NCBI RefSeq assembly: GCF_963921235.1
Contig: NC_086097.1
Coordinates: 174,842,001 to 174,906,000 of the forward strand
Direction: 5' to 3'
DNA length: 64,000 nt
DNA from: Mobula hypostoma
Lineage: Eukaryota
Of this stretch, positions 37,402 through 50,400 are shown piece after piece. The notes under the pieces were generated by a model. The model worked only from the letters and a program-made list of their open reading frames with translations, ran no database searches and was not told where the DNA came from. Each line of letters starts with the position of its first letter. The first letter of the stretch is position 1. Made by a program: the position numbers and the translations under genes.

Positions 37402-39802
37402 AACTGAAGGAAGAGTGAGTAAGGGATTTGAAAGTGGGAGGGGGAGGGGGAGATCCAAAATGATAGGAGAAGACAGGAGGGGGAGGGATAGAGCCAACAG
37501 CTGGACAGGTGATTGGCAAAAGGGGATATGAGAGGATCATGGGACAGGAGGTCCGGGGAGAAAGACACGGGTGGGGTGGAAAACCCAGAGGATGGGCAAG
37601 GAGTATAGTCAGAGGGACAGAGGGAGAAAAAGGAGAGTGAGAGAAAGAATGTGTGTATAAAAATAAATAACAAATGGGGTACGAGGAGGAAGTGGGGCAT
37701 TAGCGGAAGTTAAGAGAAGTCAATGTTCATGCCATCAGATTGGAGGCTACCCAGACGGAATATAAGGTGTTGTTCCTCCAACCTGAGTGTGGCTTCATCT
37801 TCACAGTAGAGGAGGCCGTGGATAGACATATCAGAATGGGAATGGGAGGTGGAATTAAAATGTGTGGCCATTGGGAGATCCTGCTTTCTCTGGCGGACAG
37901 AGCGTAGGTATTCAGCAGGTGTTCACTGCTACCAACCTTATAGTTCCCGCACCCTGCACTTCCCATTTCTACCTCCTACCCAAGATCCACAAACCTGCCT
38001 GTCCAGGTAGACCCATTGTCTCAGCTTGCTCCTGCTCCACTGAACTCATTTCTGCATACCTCAACACTGTTTTATTCCCCCTTGTTCAATCCCTTCCTAC
38101 CTATGTTCGTGACACTTCTCACGCTCTGAATTTTTTCAATGATTTTAAGTTCCCTGGCCCCCACCGCTTTATTTTCACCATGGATGTCCAGTCCCTATAT
38201 ACCTCCATCCCCCACCAGGAAGCTCTCAAAGCTCTCTGCTTCTTTTTGAATTCCAGACCTAATCAGTTCCCCTCTACCACCACTCTGCTCCATCTAGCGG
38301 ATTAGTCCTTACTCTTAATAATTTCTCCTTTGGCTCCTCCCACTTCCTCCAAACTAAAGGTGTAGCTGTGGGCACCCGCATGGGTCCTAGCTATGCCTGC
38401 TTTTTTGTTGGCTTTGTGGAACAATCCATGTTCCAAGCCTATACTGGTATCTGCCCCCCACTTTTCCTCGCTACATTGACGACTGCATTGGTGCTGCTTC
38501 CTGCACAAATGCTGAGCTCATTGACTTCATTAACTTTGCCTCCAACTTTCACCCTGCCCTCAAGTTTACCTGGTCCATTTCTGACACCTCCCTCCCCTTT
38601 CCAGATCTTTCTGTCTCTATCTCTGGAGACAGCTTATCTACTGATGTCTACTATAAGCCTATGGACTCTCACAGCTATCTGGACTATTCCTCTTCTCACC
38701 CTGTCTCTTGCAAAAATGCCATCCCCTTCTCGCAATTCCTCCGTCTCCGCCGCATCTGCTCTCAGGATGAGGCTTTTCATTCCAGGACGAAGGAGATGTC
38801 CTCCTTTTTTAAAGAAAGGGGCTTCCCTTCCTCCACCATCAACTCTGCTCTCAAACGCATCTCTCCCATTTCACGCATACCTGCTCTCACCCCATCCTCC
38901 CGCCACCCCACTAGGAATAGGGTTCCCCTTGTCCTCACTTACCACCCCACCAGCCTCCGGGTCCAACATATCTCCGTAATTTCCGCCACCTCCAACGGGA
39001 TCCCACCACTAAGCACATCTTTCCCTCCCCCCCCCCCCGCTTTCCGCAGGGATTGGTCCCTACGCGACTCCTTTGTCCATTCGTCCCCTCCATCACTTCC
39101 TACCGATCTCCCTCCTGGCACTTATCCTTGTAAGCGGAACAAGTGCTACATATGCCCTTACACTTCCTCCCTTACCACCATTCAGGGCCCCAGACAGTCG
39201 TTCCAGGTGAGGCAACACTTCACCTGTGAGTTGGCTGGGGTGATATACTGCGTCCAGTGTTCCCGATGTGGCCTTCTATATATTGGCGAGACCCGACACA
39301 GGCTGGGAGACCGTTTCGCTGAACACCTATGCTCTGTCTGCCAGAGAAAGCAGGATCTCCCAGTGGCCACACATTTTAATTCCACGTCCCATTCCCATTC
39401 TGATATGTCTATCCACGGCCTCCTCTACTGTCAAGATGAAGCCACACTCAGGTTGGAGGAACAACACCTTATATTCCGCCTGGGTAGCCTCCAACCGGAT
39501 GGCATGAACATTGACTTCTCTAACTTCCATTAATCACCACCTCCCCTTCGTACCCCATATTATTATTTTTTCTCTCTCCTTTTTCTCCCTCTGTCCCTCT
39601 CACTATACTCCTTGCCCACCCTCTGGACTCTTTCCCCCCGCCCTTTTTTTCTCCCTAGGCCTTCCGTCCCATGATCCTCTCATATCCCTTTTGCCAATCA
39701 ACTTTCCAGCTCTTAGCTCCATCCCCCCCCCCACTATCTTTTCCTATCATTTCGGATCTCCCCCTCCCCCTTTCAAATATCTTACTATCTCTTCTTTCAG
39801 TT

Positions 39803-39838
39803 AGTCCTGACGAAGGGTCTTGGCCCGAAATGTTGACT
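39803..39838 (+). ncRNA. Minimal hammerhead ribozyme motif, CpG-decayed copy
   Basis: AGUC-CUGACGA-A-GGGU(CUUG)GCCC-GAAAUGUU-GACU. Core retained; ACGUC is changed to AUGUU. Confidence 0.6.
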
Positions 39839-41397
39839 GTACCTCTTCCTAGAGATGCTGCCTTGCCTGCTGCGTTCACCAGCAACTTTTATGTGTGTTG
39901 CTTGAAATTCCAGCTTCTGCAAATTTCCTCATGTAAAAGTGAATGGGAAGTTGGAGGATTGGGAAGCTTTTAAAATCCAACAAAAGGCAACTAAAAAAAG
40001 CTATTAAGAAGAGAAAAGATGAAATATGAAGCAGATTAGCCAATAATATATAGCAGGGTACTAAAAGTTTTTTCAGTTATTTAAAGAGCAAAAGGGAGGT
40101 GAGAGTTGATACTGGACCACTGGATAATGATGCTGGTGAGGTAGTAATGGGGGACAAAGAAATGGCAGATGAACTTAATGGATACTTTGCATCTGTCTTC
40201 TCTGTGGAAGACACTAGCAGTGTGCTAGAAGTCCGTGAATGTCAGGGAGCAGGAGCAAGGCTGCTTAACAAAATTAAATCCTATGGTGTTTCAGAAAAGA
40301 TGCTGTCATGGATAGAGGAATGGTTGACAGGCAAGAGACAGCAAGTGGAAATAAATGGTGCCTTTTCTAGTCGACTCCCAGTGACTAGTGGTGTTCCTCG
40401 GGGGTCAGTATTGAGACCACTACTTTTCACATTGTTTGTCAGTGATTTGGATAATGGAATTGATGGCTTTGTGGCAAAGTTTGCAGATGATACGAAGATA
40501 GGTGGAGGGGTAGGTAGTGCTGAGGAAGCAATGCAATTGCAGCAGGACTCAGACAAATTGGAAGAATGGGCAGAAAGGTGGCAGGTGGAATACAGTGATG
40601 GGAAATGTATGATAATGGATTTTGGTAAAAGGAATGATGGTACGGATTAAACATCAGAGGTGCAGAGGACTTTAGGAGTCCTCGTGCAAGCCTCCCAGAA
40701 GGTTAATTTACAGGTTGAGTCTGTGGTAAAGAAGGCAAATGCAATGTTGACATTTATTGCAAGGGGCATTTGGAGTATTGTAAACAGTTTTGAGCCCCTT
40801 ATCTCAGAAAGGATGTGTTGTCATTGGAGAGAGTCCAGAGGAGATTCCCGAGGATGATTCTAGGAATGAAGGGGTTAACATATGAGGAGCATTTGGCAGC
40901 TTTGTGCCTGTACTCACTGGAATTAGAAGAATGCCAGGGGCTGAGAGGTGGTGGGGGGGATCTCATTGAAACCTACCAAATATTGACTGGACTAGATAAG
41001 GTGGATGTCGAGAGGATGTTTCCTATGGTGAGAGTATCTAGAACTGGGGGGCACAGCCTCAAAATTGAGGGGCAATCTTTTAGGACAGAACCTTTTTTAG
41101 CCAGAGAGTATTGAACATGTGGAATGCTCTGCAACAGACTGTGGTGGAAGCCAGATCTGTGGATATATTTAAGGCAGAAGTTGATAGTTTCTTGATTGGT
41201 CAGGGCATCAAAAGATGTGGCAAGGGGCAGGTGTGTGGAGTTGAGTGGGATCTGGTATAGAATGGTGGAGCAGACTCAATGGGCTGAATGGCCTAATTCT
41301 GCTCCAATGTCTTATGGTCTTAAGATCCAGGCTGGTTCTGTGCCTGAGGTCCACGTTCCTGTCCAATGCCCTTATTCTTTCAGTGTCCAGTTACTGA

Positions 41398-41640
41398 GCA
41401 ACACACAAATGCTGGAGGAACTCAACAGGTCAGACAGCATCTCTGGAGGGAAATGAATGGTCAACGCTTTGGACCGAGAGTCTTCACCAGGACTCAAAAG
41501 GAAGAGAACAAACACCAAAATGGGAAGGTGGAGGGAGGGGAAGGAGATCAAGCTGGCAGTTAATAGGTGAGACCAGGTGAGGGGGAAGGTGGGTAGGTGG
41601 GACAGAGGAGATGATGGGGAAAGCTGGGAGGTGGTTCCCT
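41398..41640 (-). mobile_element. Solo PLE 3' terminal-repeat fragment with a degenerate hammerhead motif (41459-41494)
   Basis: acacacaaatgctggaggaactcaacaggtcagacagcatc...tcttcaccaggact followed by a purine-rich tract, as in 27498-27900 and 37303-37700. Confidence 0.7.
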
Positions 41641-41892
41641 ACCTCCTCCCCTTTATTCAATGGATAGCCGTGCTCTATTAAATTCCATCAACTTCAGCCC
41701 TTTGACTTGATGTGCAGTTCTGTTGCCCCATTGGAGGAAGGATGTGGAGGCTTTGGAAAGGGTACAGAAAAGCTTTACCAGGATGAAGTCTGGATTAGAG
41801 GTCATGAGCTACAGGGAAAGATTGAATAAAGTCGTGTTATTTCTTTTCAGTAGTGTCAGAGACTAAAGGGAGACCTGATAGTAGGTTATAAA

Positions 41893-43592
41893 GAGTAGGG
41901 GACAGAGGGTCCAGTGAGATGGAGGAACTGAGCGAAATACTTGTTAGTAGGGAAGTGGTGTTAGGTAAATTGAAGGGATTGAAGGCAGATAAATCCCCAG
42001 GGCCAGATGGTCTGCATCCTAGAGTGCTTAAGGAAGTAGCCCAAGAAATAGTGGATGCATTAGTGATAATTTTTCAAAACTCGTTAGATTCTGGACTAGT
42101 TCCTGAGGATTGGAGGGTGGCTAATGTAACCCCACTTTTTAAAAAAGGAGGGAAAGAGAAACCGGGGAATTATGGACCAGTTAGCCTAACGTCGATGGTG
42201 GGGAAACTGCTGGAGTCAGTTATCAAAGATGTGATAACAGCACATTTGGAAAGCGGTGAAATCATCGGACAAAGTCAGCATGGATTTGTGAAAGGAAAAT
42301 CATGTCTGACGAATCTCATAGAATTTTTTGAGGATGTAACCAGTAGAGTGGATAGGGGAGAACCAGTGGATGTGGTATATTTGGATTTTCAAAAGGCTTT
42401 TGACAAGGTCCCACACAGGAGATTAGTGTGCAAACTTAAAGCACACGGTATTGGGGGTAAGGTATTGATGTGGATGGAGAATTGGTTGGCAGACAGGAAG
42501 CAAAGAGTGGGAATAAACGGGACCTTTTCAGAAAGGCAGGCAGTGACTAGTGGGGTACCACAAGGCTCAGAGCTGGGACCCCAGTAGTTTACAATATATA
42601 TTAATGACTTTGATGAGGGAATTAAATGCAGCATCTCCAAGTTTGCGGATGACACGAAGCTGGGCGGCAGTGTTAGCTGTGAGGAGGGCGGCAGTGTTAG
42701 CTGTGAGGAGGATGCTAAGAGGATGCAGAGTGACTTGGATAGGTTGGGTGAGTGGGCAAATTCATGGCAGATGCAATTTAATGTGGATAAATGTGAAGTT
42801 ATCCACTTTGGTGGCAAAAATAGGAAAACAGATTATTATCTGAATGGTAGCCAATTAGGAAAAGGGGAGGTGCAACGAGACCTGGGTGTCATTATACACC
42901 AGTCATTGAAAGTGGGCATGCAGGTACAGCAGGCGGTGAAAAAGGCGAATGGTATGCTGGCATTTATAGCGAGAGGATTCGAGTACAGGAGCAGGGAAAT
43001 ACTACTGCAGTTGTACAAGGCCTTGGTGAGACCACACCTGGAGTATTGTGTGCAGTTTTGGTCCCCTAATCTGAGGAAAGACATCCTTGCCATAGAGGGA
43101 GTACAAAGAAGGTTCACCAGATTGATTCCTGGGATGGCAGGACTTTCATATGAAGAAAGACTGGATGAACTGGGCTTGTACTCGTTGGAATTTAGAAGAT
43201 TGAGGGGGGATCTGATTGAAACATATAAAATCCTAAAGGGATTGGACAGGCTAGATGCAGGAAGATTGTTCCCGATGTTGGGGAAGTCCAGAACAAGGGG
43301 TCACAGTTTGAGGATAAAGGGGAAGCCTTTTAGGACCAAGATTAGGAAAAACTTCTTCACACAGAGAGTGGTGAATCTGTGGAATTCTCTGCCACAGGAA
43401 ACAGTTGAGGCCAGTTCATTGGCTATATTTAAGAGGGAGTTAGATATGGCCCTTGTGGCTACGGGAATCAGGGGGTATGGAGGGAAGGCTGGGGCGGGGT
43501 TCTGAGTTGGATGATCAGCCATGATCATAATAAATGGCAGTGCAGGCTCGAAGGGCCGAATGGCCTACTCCTGCACCTATTTTCTATGTTTC
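41893..43592 (+). mobile_element. Young 5'-truncated CR1 LINE with near-intact RT, inserted in an older CR1 3' fragment (41707-41892 / 43593-43935)
   Basis: ORFs 41919-42587 and 42723-43505 share a frame and are separated by one TAG. Motifs KSPGPDGLHPRVLKE, YLDFQKAFDKVPH, GVPQGS, KFADDTKL; tail tttctatgtttc; TSD tataaa at 41887-41892 and 43593-43598. Confidence 0.95.
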
Positions 43593-45591
43593 TATAAAAT
43601 TATGAGAATCATAGGTGGACAGTCAGAATATTTCTTCCAGGGTAGAAGTGGCAAGTACCAGAGGTCATTCATTAAGCAGAGAGGAGGAAAGTTCAAAGGA
43701 GATATGCATGGAAAGTTTTTTTTACAGAGAACGTGCTTGGTGCCTGGAATGGCTGCCAGGGGGTGGGTAGAAGCGGATACAATAGTGGTATTTAAGGGGC
43801 TGTTAGACACGTGAACACACAGTGAATTGAGGGATATGGATCATGTATAGGCAGAAGAGATTTAGTTTAATTGGGTGTAGTGGTTGGCACACACACACCA
43901 TGGGCCAAAGAGCCTGTTCCTGTGCTGTACTGTTTCATAACGGGACCTTCAGTTTAATCTAGTAAAATAAATCTGTCAGTGCAGCACTCTCTCTGTATTG
44001 CATCTGGATATCAGTGTAGGTATTCTGTGCTAGCTTACACTGACTCTTTCATTAGCAATCAAGTTGACCCAACATGATCACAGTGTGAAGCTTCAAACAA
44101 CTCCCTTGTTTCTATGGTTATCTGTGATAAAAACGATTACTGCTGTGCTGGGCTGGGTTGCTGAATTGAACTGCTGATCTGTGCAGCCAGTTCCTGAATA
44201 GGTATGAAGGTTCTCACTATTCGGAGTGTGAAACTGGATTCCAAGCTACACCAAGGGAGACTAGACCAGGTGGCCAGTCAAAGAGGGGAGGGTTTTTGGA
44301 GCATTGAAAGAAGAGAGAGACTTAAGGAGAGAATTCAGAGCTTGGCACAGCCACGACCGGTGGATTGATTAAACAAGATGGGGTGCCTACTATTTGGAAT
44401 GTCACTCCTTCGTGCTGACTTGTTGCTGCCTATGGGTGGGGGAGTGCACAGGGACGGTGCTTGGCCTGTGAAGGCTGGGAGTTAAATTCTAGGCTGTAGA
44501 GGTCTGGCAGTTTTCCACAACAAGCATCAAAGAACAGAAAGTTACTCCCGTGTGTTCAACGTTCCCACCGCTGCCTGTAAGGCATTTGTATGCTGTTCCC
44601 GTGACCGTGTGGGTTTCCTCCAGGTGCTCTGGTTTCCTCCCACAGTCCAAAGACAAACCAGTTAATAGGTTTATATAGGCTATAAATAGGCTAGGATTAA
44701 ATCAGGGGATTGCTAGGCAACGAGGCTTGAAGGGCCCAAAGAGCCTACTCCACATTGTATCTCAATAAATAAATAGATATAAATAAAGTACAGGCAACCT
44801 TGGAAAATCCTGAGTCTAACTGCTCTGTGGTCCAAAATGGGAAACAACAGCTCATAATATGGTGACACAGGTGCTGGAACATGAACAATAAACAATCTGC
44901 TGGAGGAATTCAGCATGGAGTATTACAATAAAGAAACAACCTTGGCCCAACACGTCTATTTTGACTAAGGTGTCAACCGTGCAGACACTGTGGGCTGAAG
45001 AACCTGTTCCTGTGCTGTACAATTCCACTCTATGTTTTAAGATGGGTAGAGCCTGTCTCATGCATGAGGTAGCAGGATAAAATTAGTTCTCAGCCATCTA
45101 ACATGGGACGTTGAACAGGCCCTGTGGCTCACTGTGTCCTCACCGGCGTGACACCAAATTAATATAAATCTCTTCTGCCTGCTCATGATCCCTGTCCCTC
45201 CACTTATGGTGAATGCTCAGTAGACCACCAGCTGTGTGCTGTATTCCAAAATTTGGTTCTTTCAAACCAGTTGAGCTGGATTTCAGCAGTGTACAACACA
45301 CAGCTGACAAAATATCATCCATTTACTGAGTGACTCTAGTGTACCTTGGCCTCAGCACCTTTAACAATCTGCTCGCGTGTCTGGAGTGAGATTTGAACCC
45401 ACAGCCCAAGAGGTGGGAAGACCATCACTTCTGATTGTATACTTTCAGGAGAGCCTAACAAGACCTTTACTGCATCTGTTAAACTTCCTTCGGTGGGAGA
45501 TGGTGATCCCAAATCAGTGAATTGTTGTTCCTTTTGATGTGATAGTGTGGGTACCCTGTACTAATACCAAAAAATATTGTTTTTCGTTCAG

Positions 45592-45651
45592 CAAGTGCAG
45601 CAATGTCGGTGGTGTTCCTGAAGGAAAAGCTGCGGTCTTCAGATATCTTGG
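45592..45651 (+). CDS. NIPAL2: NIPAL2 coding exon (60 nt, phase 1-1): ASAAMSVVFLKEKLRSSDIL
   Basis: Acceptor tgtttttcgttcag with upstream branch-like ctaat, donor G|gtaatt. Matches the NIPAL2 'SA.ISV.FLK..LR.SD.LG' segment; phase compatible on both sides. Confidence 0.9.
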
Positions 45652-47499
45652 GTAATTCATATTTTCTATATGAGTCTGTTGTTTAGATGATTACTGAAGA
45701 TGACCAAAAATATTTCTCATAATGCTTTTACAACATAACAAGCCCTTTGGCCCATCAAATCCATTCCTGGTGTCAGAGTGATCCCATCAGTCCAATACCC
45801 CCACTTATTTCCCTGTAACCCACATGCCCCTCCTCCTCCCCTCCCACAGGTTTGTCTCCAGAAACCAGAAAATAAGAGCTGGATTATGCTACCAGACTTC
45901 TCCAGTCTGTCCCACCATTCAGTCTGACCCTGGCTGATCTCTGGAGGGAAATGGGCAGCTGATGTTTCAGATTGTAATCCTCGGGTTTTTTGTGTTGCTC
46001 TGCATTCCAGCATGGCAGTTTTTTGTCTCCCCACGGTTGATCTGTACTAGTACAGGAAAGGAGTGAGACAAGTTGTCCCATCACCCTTAATTCCCTAATC
46101 ATTCCAATGTTTATCTGTCCTCTCCTTTAATATGTCCAATGATCTAACCCTGGGCCAGAGAATCCAGCGATTCACTACCATGTGAAAGATGTATGTTCTA
46201 TGCATCTCAGTTTTAAATGACTAGTTTACTATTTTGTAGCTAAAATTGATAAATTGGTTTATTATTGTCACATGTACCAGGATATGGTGAAAATTTTGTT
46301 TTGCATGTCAACAAGACAGACCATTTCTCTACAAAACTACCTTGAGGTAAAACAAGAACACAATGCAGTGTTGTGTTACAATTACAAAGAAAGTAGCGGT
46401 TAGTGCATCGCTTTGCAGTGCCAGTGACCCGGGTTCAATTCCTGCCACTGCCTGTAAGGATTTTTTTTTGTTCTCCCTCCCTGTGATCACATGGGTTTCC
46501 TCTGGGTGTCCAAAGACGCACCCATTAGTCATTGTAAATTGTCCTGTGATTAGGGTAGTGTTAAAAAGATGGGTTGGATTAGGCTCATCGTGGCATTAGG
46601 CTATGGTGTAGTCATATAGCATGAAAACAGGTCCTTCGACCCAACTGGCGCAACCCAGCTAAGGTTTCCATTTAAGCTAGTCCCATTTGCCTGCATTTAA
46701 TCTACATCCCTCTCTATTTTTCCTGTCCACTTACCTGTCCGAGTGCCTTTTAAATGTTAACAATCCTGCCTCAACCACTTCCTCTGGCTCATTCCATTAT
46801 GGACCACCCTCTGGGTGGATAGTTACCCCTCAGGTTCCTATTAAATCTCTCCTCCCACCCTAAACTGGTGTCCTTCGGTTCTTGATTCCTCAACCGTGAG
46901 TGCATTCACCCTTTCTAAGCCCCTCTTGATTTTATTCACCTCTATACGATCACGATTCAATTTCCTGCACTTCAGTGAATAAAGTCTCAACTTGCTCAAC
47001 ATCTCCCTTTAACTCAATCCTGTAAGATCTTGGAGAACCCTGCACTGTTGTGGTGGATGTAGTGGCTCTTTCACTCCCATGCCCTTCCTGCACACTTTGG
47101 TGGCATGTTTTCAAAGTTGGAGCATTGCTGGCCAGGAGCTGAATGGACTGGATGGCCAGCAAGCACAAGCACAAGCCCAGTTGGACCTCAGGCTCTGTCT
47201 GGTTTGATAGAGGGGAAAGAGCTGTGCCTTGAAATGTTGGGGAGGTCGGAAATGGGTCACCACTTCACTTTGAGTCAGCAGTCAGGAGTGGGGTGTGTTC
47301 TGATTTAAGGAGGGGAAAGGAATGACAGCAGCAGATTGGAATTTGGGCTGATGAGCAGCAATGGTAATGAGCAAGGTCTCAGAGAAGGACTGCTGGAACT
47401 CAAGGTCAAATGCAAATGAACGAGCCTCTGTCTTGACTGATCTGAGAATCCAGCCTCGGGGGATGCAGGTTTGGGGAATTGGAGGGATTTGGCAGTGTG

Positions 47500-50400
47500 G
47501 AGTTCAAAATTCAAAATAAATTTATTATCAAAGTGCATGTATGTCACCATATACAACTCTGAGATTAATTTTCTTGTGGGCAGTCACAGTAAATACAAGA
47601 AGCACAATAGAATCGATGAAAGACAGCACACAACAGGACTGACAAACAACCAATGTGCAAAAAACAACAAACTGTAAATACAAATACAGAGAAAAAAATA
47701 ATAATTAAGCATTAAATATTGAGAGCATAAGATGAAGAGTTCGTAGGTTGTGGGAACAGTTCAATGAAGAAGTGAGTGAAGTTGAGTGGTTATCATCTTT
47801 GAATCAAGAGCCTGATGGTTGAGGGTAATAACTGTTCCTGAACCTGGTGGTGTGAGTCCAGAGGCTGCTGTCCCTTCCTCCTGATTATTTATTTAGGGGT
47901 ACAGCTTGGAACAGGCCCTGAGGGCCCAACAAGCTGCACCGCCCAGCAACCACCTATTTAACCCTAGCCTAGTTACGGGACAATTTACAATGACAGATTA
48001 ACCTACTAACTGGTACGTCTTTGGACTGTGGATGGCAGCAGCGAGAAGAGAGCATAACCTGGATGATGGGGGTCCTGCTTTTCTGCATCAGTGCTCCTTG
48101 TAGATGTGCTCAACGCTGGAGAGGGCTTTACCTGTGATAGACTGGGTCATATCCACTACTTTTCATAGGATCTTCCATTCAAGAGCCTTGGGGTTTCCAT
48201 ATCAGGCCATAATGCCGCCAGTCAATATACTCTCCACTACACATCCAGAGAAGTTTGTCTAAGTTATAGATGATATGCCAGATCTTCACAAACTCTGAGA
48301 AAGTAGAGGCGCTGTGTGCTTTCTTTATAATGTCACTTACATGCTGGTCCCAGGATAGATCTTCTGAAATGATAACACTGAGGAATTTAAAGTTGTTTTT
48401 GCTCTCCACCTCTGATCCCCCAGTGAGGACTGGCTCATGGACGTCTGGTTTCCCCTTCCTGATATCAGTAATCATCTCCTTGGTCTTGCTGATATTGAGT
48501 GAGAGGTTGTCATGGCACCACTCAGCCAGATTTTCAAGCACCCTCCTACATGCTGACTCATCACCACCTTTGATTTGGCCTCTGACAGTGGTGTCAGCAG
48601 CAAACTTAAATATAGCATTGGAACTGTGCTTGGCCTCATAGTCATAAGTGTAAAGTGAGTAGAGCAGGGGGCTAAGCATGCAGCTTTGTGCACCTGTGCT
48701 GATGGGAATTGCGAAGGAGATTTTGTTGTCAATCCAAACTCACTGGAGTCTGCAAGTAAGGAAATCCAGGATCCAATTGCACAAGAAGGAACTGAGGCCT
48801 TGGACTTGAAGCTTATTGATTAGTTTTGAGGAGATGGTATTATTGAATGCCGAGTCAATGAGGAGCTTCCTGATGTATGTATCTTCACTGTCCAGATGTT
48901 CCAGGGTTGACTGAGGAGCTAATGAAATGGATTCTACTGTTGACCTGTTGTCAAATTGAAGCAGATCCAAGTTGCTTCTCAGGCAGGAGTTGATAGGTTT
49001 CATCACCAACCTCTTAAAGTACTCCATCACAGTGGATGTAAGTGCTACTGGAAAATAGTCATTCGGGCAGGTAACCATGTTTTTCTTGGTATAATTCAGC
49101 ACAATTAAGCCTGCTTGAAGCAGGTGGGTATCTCAGACTGCTGAAATGACAGGTTAAAAATATCAGTGAACACTGCAGCCAGTTGATCGGACCAGGTCTT
49201 TCGTACCCGGCCAGGTACCCCTTGTGGGCCAGATGCTTTCGGTTGACTCCCCCTCCTACAAGGATGCTCTCACGTTGGCCTCAGAGACTGAAAGTACAGT
49301 GTCATCAAGAGCTGTCGGAGTTCATGAAGGTGTCTCTTGTCTTGATGGTTAAAGCAAGCATAAAAGGCATTCGACTCATCTGGGACTGGAGCTTTGTTGT
49401 TACTTATGTCACTTGGTTCATTTTCAAACATTTCAAAGGTACAATTTAATGTCAGGGAAATGTATGCGATATACATCCTGAGATGCTTTTTCTTCGCAAC
49501 CATCCATAAAAACAGAGGAGTGCTCCCAAAGAATGAACAACAGTTAAATATTAGAACCCCAAGGTCCCCCCCCAGCTCCCCCCTCCCTCCTACGTGTAAG
49601 TGGCAGCAAGCAACGATCCCCCTCCCCCTCACCAGCAAAAAAAAAAGCATTGGCACCCGCCACCGAGCACTCAAGAGTGAGCAAAGCAACAGCAAAGACA
49701 CAGACTTGCAGTTACTCCAAAGACTACTCGTTCACCCGGTATTCGACATGCCATAGGCTCTCTCTGTCCTTAATAAGAGGGAAAGAGGTGTCTCCGTTTC
49801 ACAACGAGAGGGGAAACATAACAAACAATTTGCTGGTTTACGATGTTAATAGTCCATTGCATCACTTTTTCGGAGCTCTGTGCCCAAAGGTCTCAGGTCT
49901 CAGGTCTCTGGGCACACAGCCTTAGATCTCCCATCCCCCCCACGACACACCGATCTCCTGCCTGGACACCAACCTTCGATCCGCCTGTCTCCAGAGCCAC
50001 GAGGTCTCAACCATCCGAAGGCAAGCTGAGCTCTTAGGCCACACCCTTGGAATGCCGAATAATGGCCAGTCGTGAAACCCCGAGAGTGGTCCCATTCCCG
50101 CAAAGAACCATAGTCAGCGTGTAAGAGGTGATAGCACTCAAGCCCTGTTGTCGAGTATCCTTCAGTGATTCAAGTTTGGTCCTGAATTGGCATTTCACAT
50201 AGAGACCTCTTGTATTTAACTTGGTCGCCAGACTTTCTAATCAGTTTATTGAGCCTGTTGGCATCACTCGTGTTGATACCATTGCCCAGCACACCGTCAC
50301 ATAAAAGATTATACAACAGACTGGTCAAACATGTGAAGGAGAGGCCTGCATACTCCAAAGAACCTTCATCTCCTCAGGAAGTAGAGGTTACAGTGGCCCT

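Larger units (their letters stand above)
37303..39934 (+). mobile_element. Penelope-like retroelement (Neptune-type), 5'-truncated, RT + GIY-YIG endonuclease pseudogene, with an inverted copy of its 3' end at the 5' side
   Basis: FYLLPKIHKP..PGRPIVS, FTMDVQSLYTSIPH, MGPSYAC, YIDD (frameshifted), YYKPMDSHSYLDYSSSHP, CKRNKCYIC linker, GVIYCVQCSRCGLLYIGET..RFAEH. 37303-37916 is an inverted copy of ~39318-39901. 14-bp TSD aaaagtga(g/a)tggga at 37289-37302 and 39935-39948. Confidence 0.93.
37130..41325 (+). mobile_element. CR1-clade LINE split by a Penelope-like insertion (pieces 37130-37302 and 39935-41325)
   Basis: PWLTREVKDC-like segment on the left continues as KLEDWEAFK..., DELNGYFASVF, GVPRGSVLRPLLF, KFADDTKIGG on the right; 3' tail aatgtcttatggtctta. 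Confidence 0.85.

Noticed and set aside
36802..37497. 231-aa minus-strand ORF
   Set aside because: It runs across a PLE terminal repeat, antisense CR1 and another PLE end; a chance open frame.
38661..39533. 290-aa ORF as a host GIY-YIG nuclease gene
   Set aside because: It is the 3' part of a frameshifted Penelope-like ORF with a TSD and paralogous fragments elsewhere in the window.
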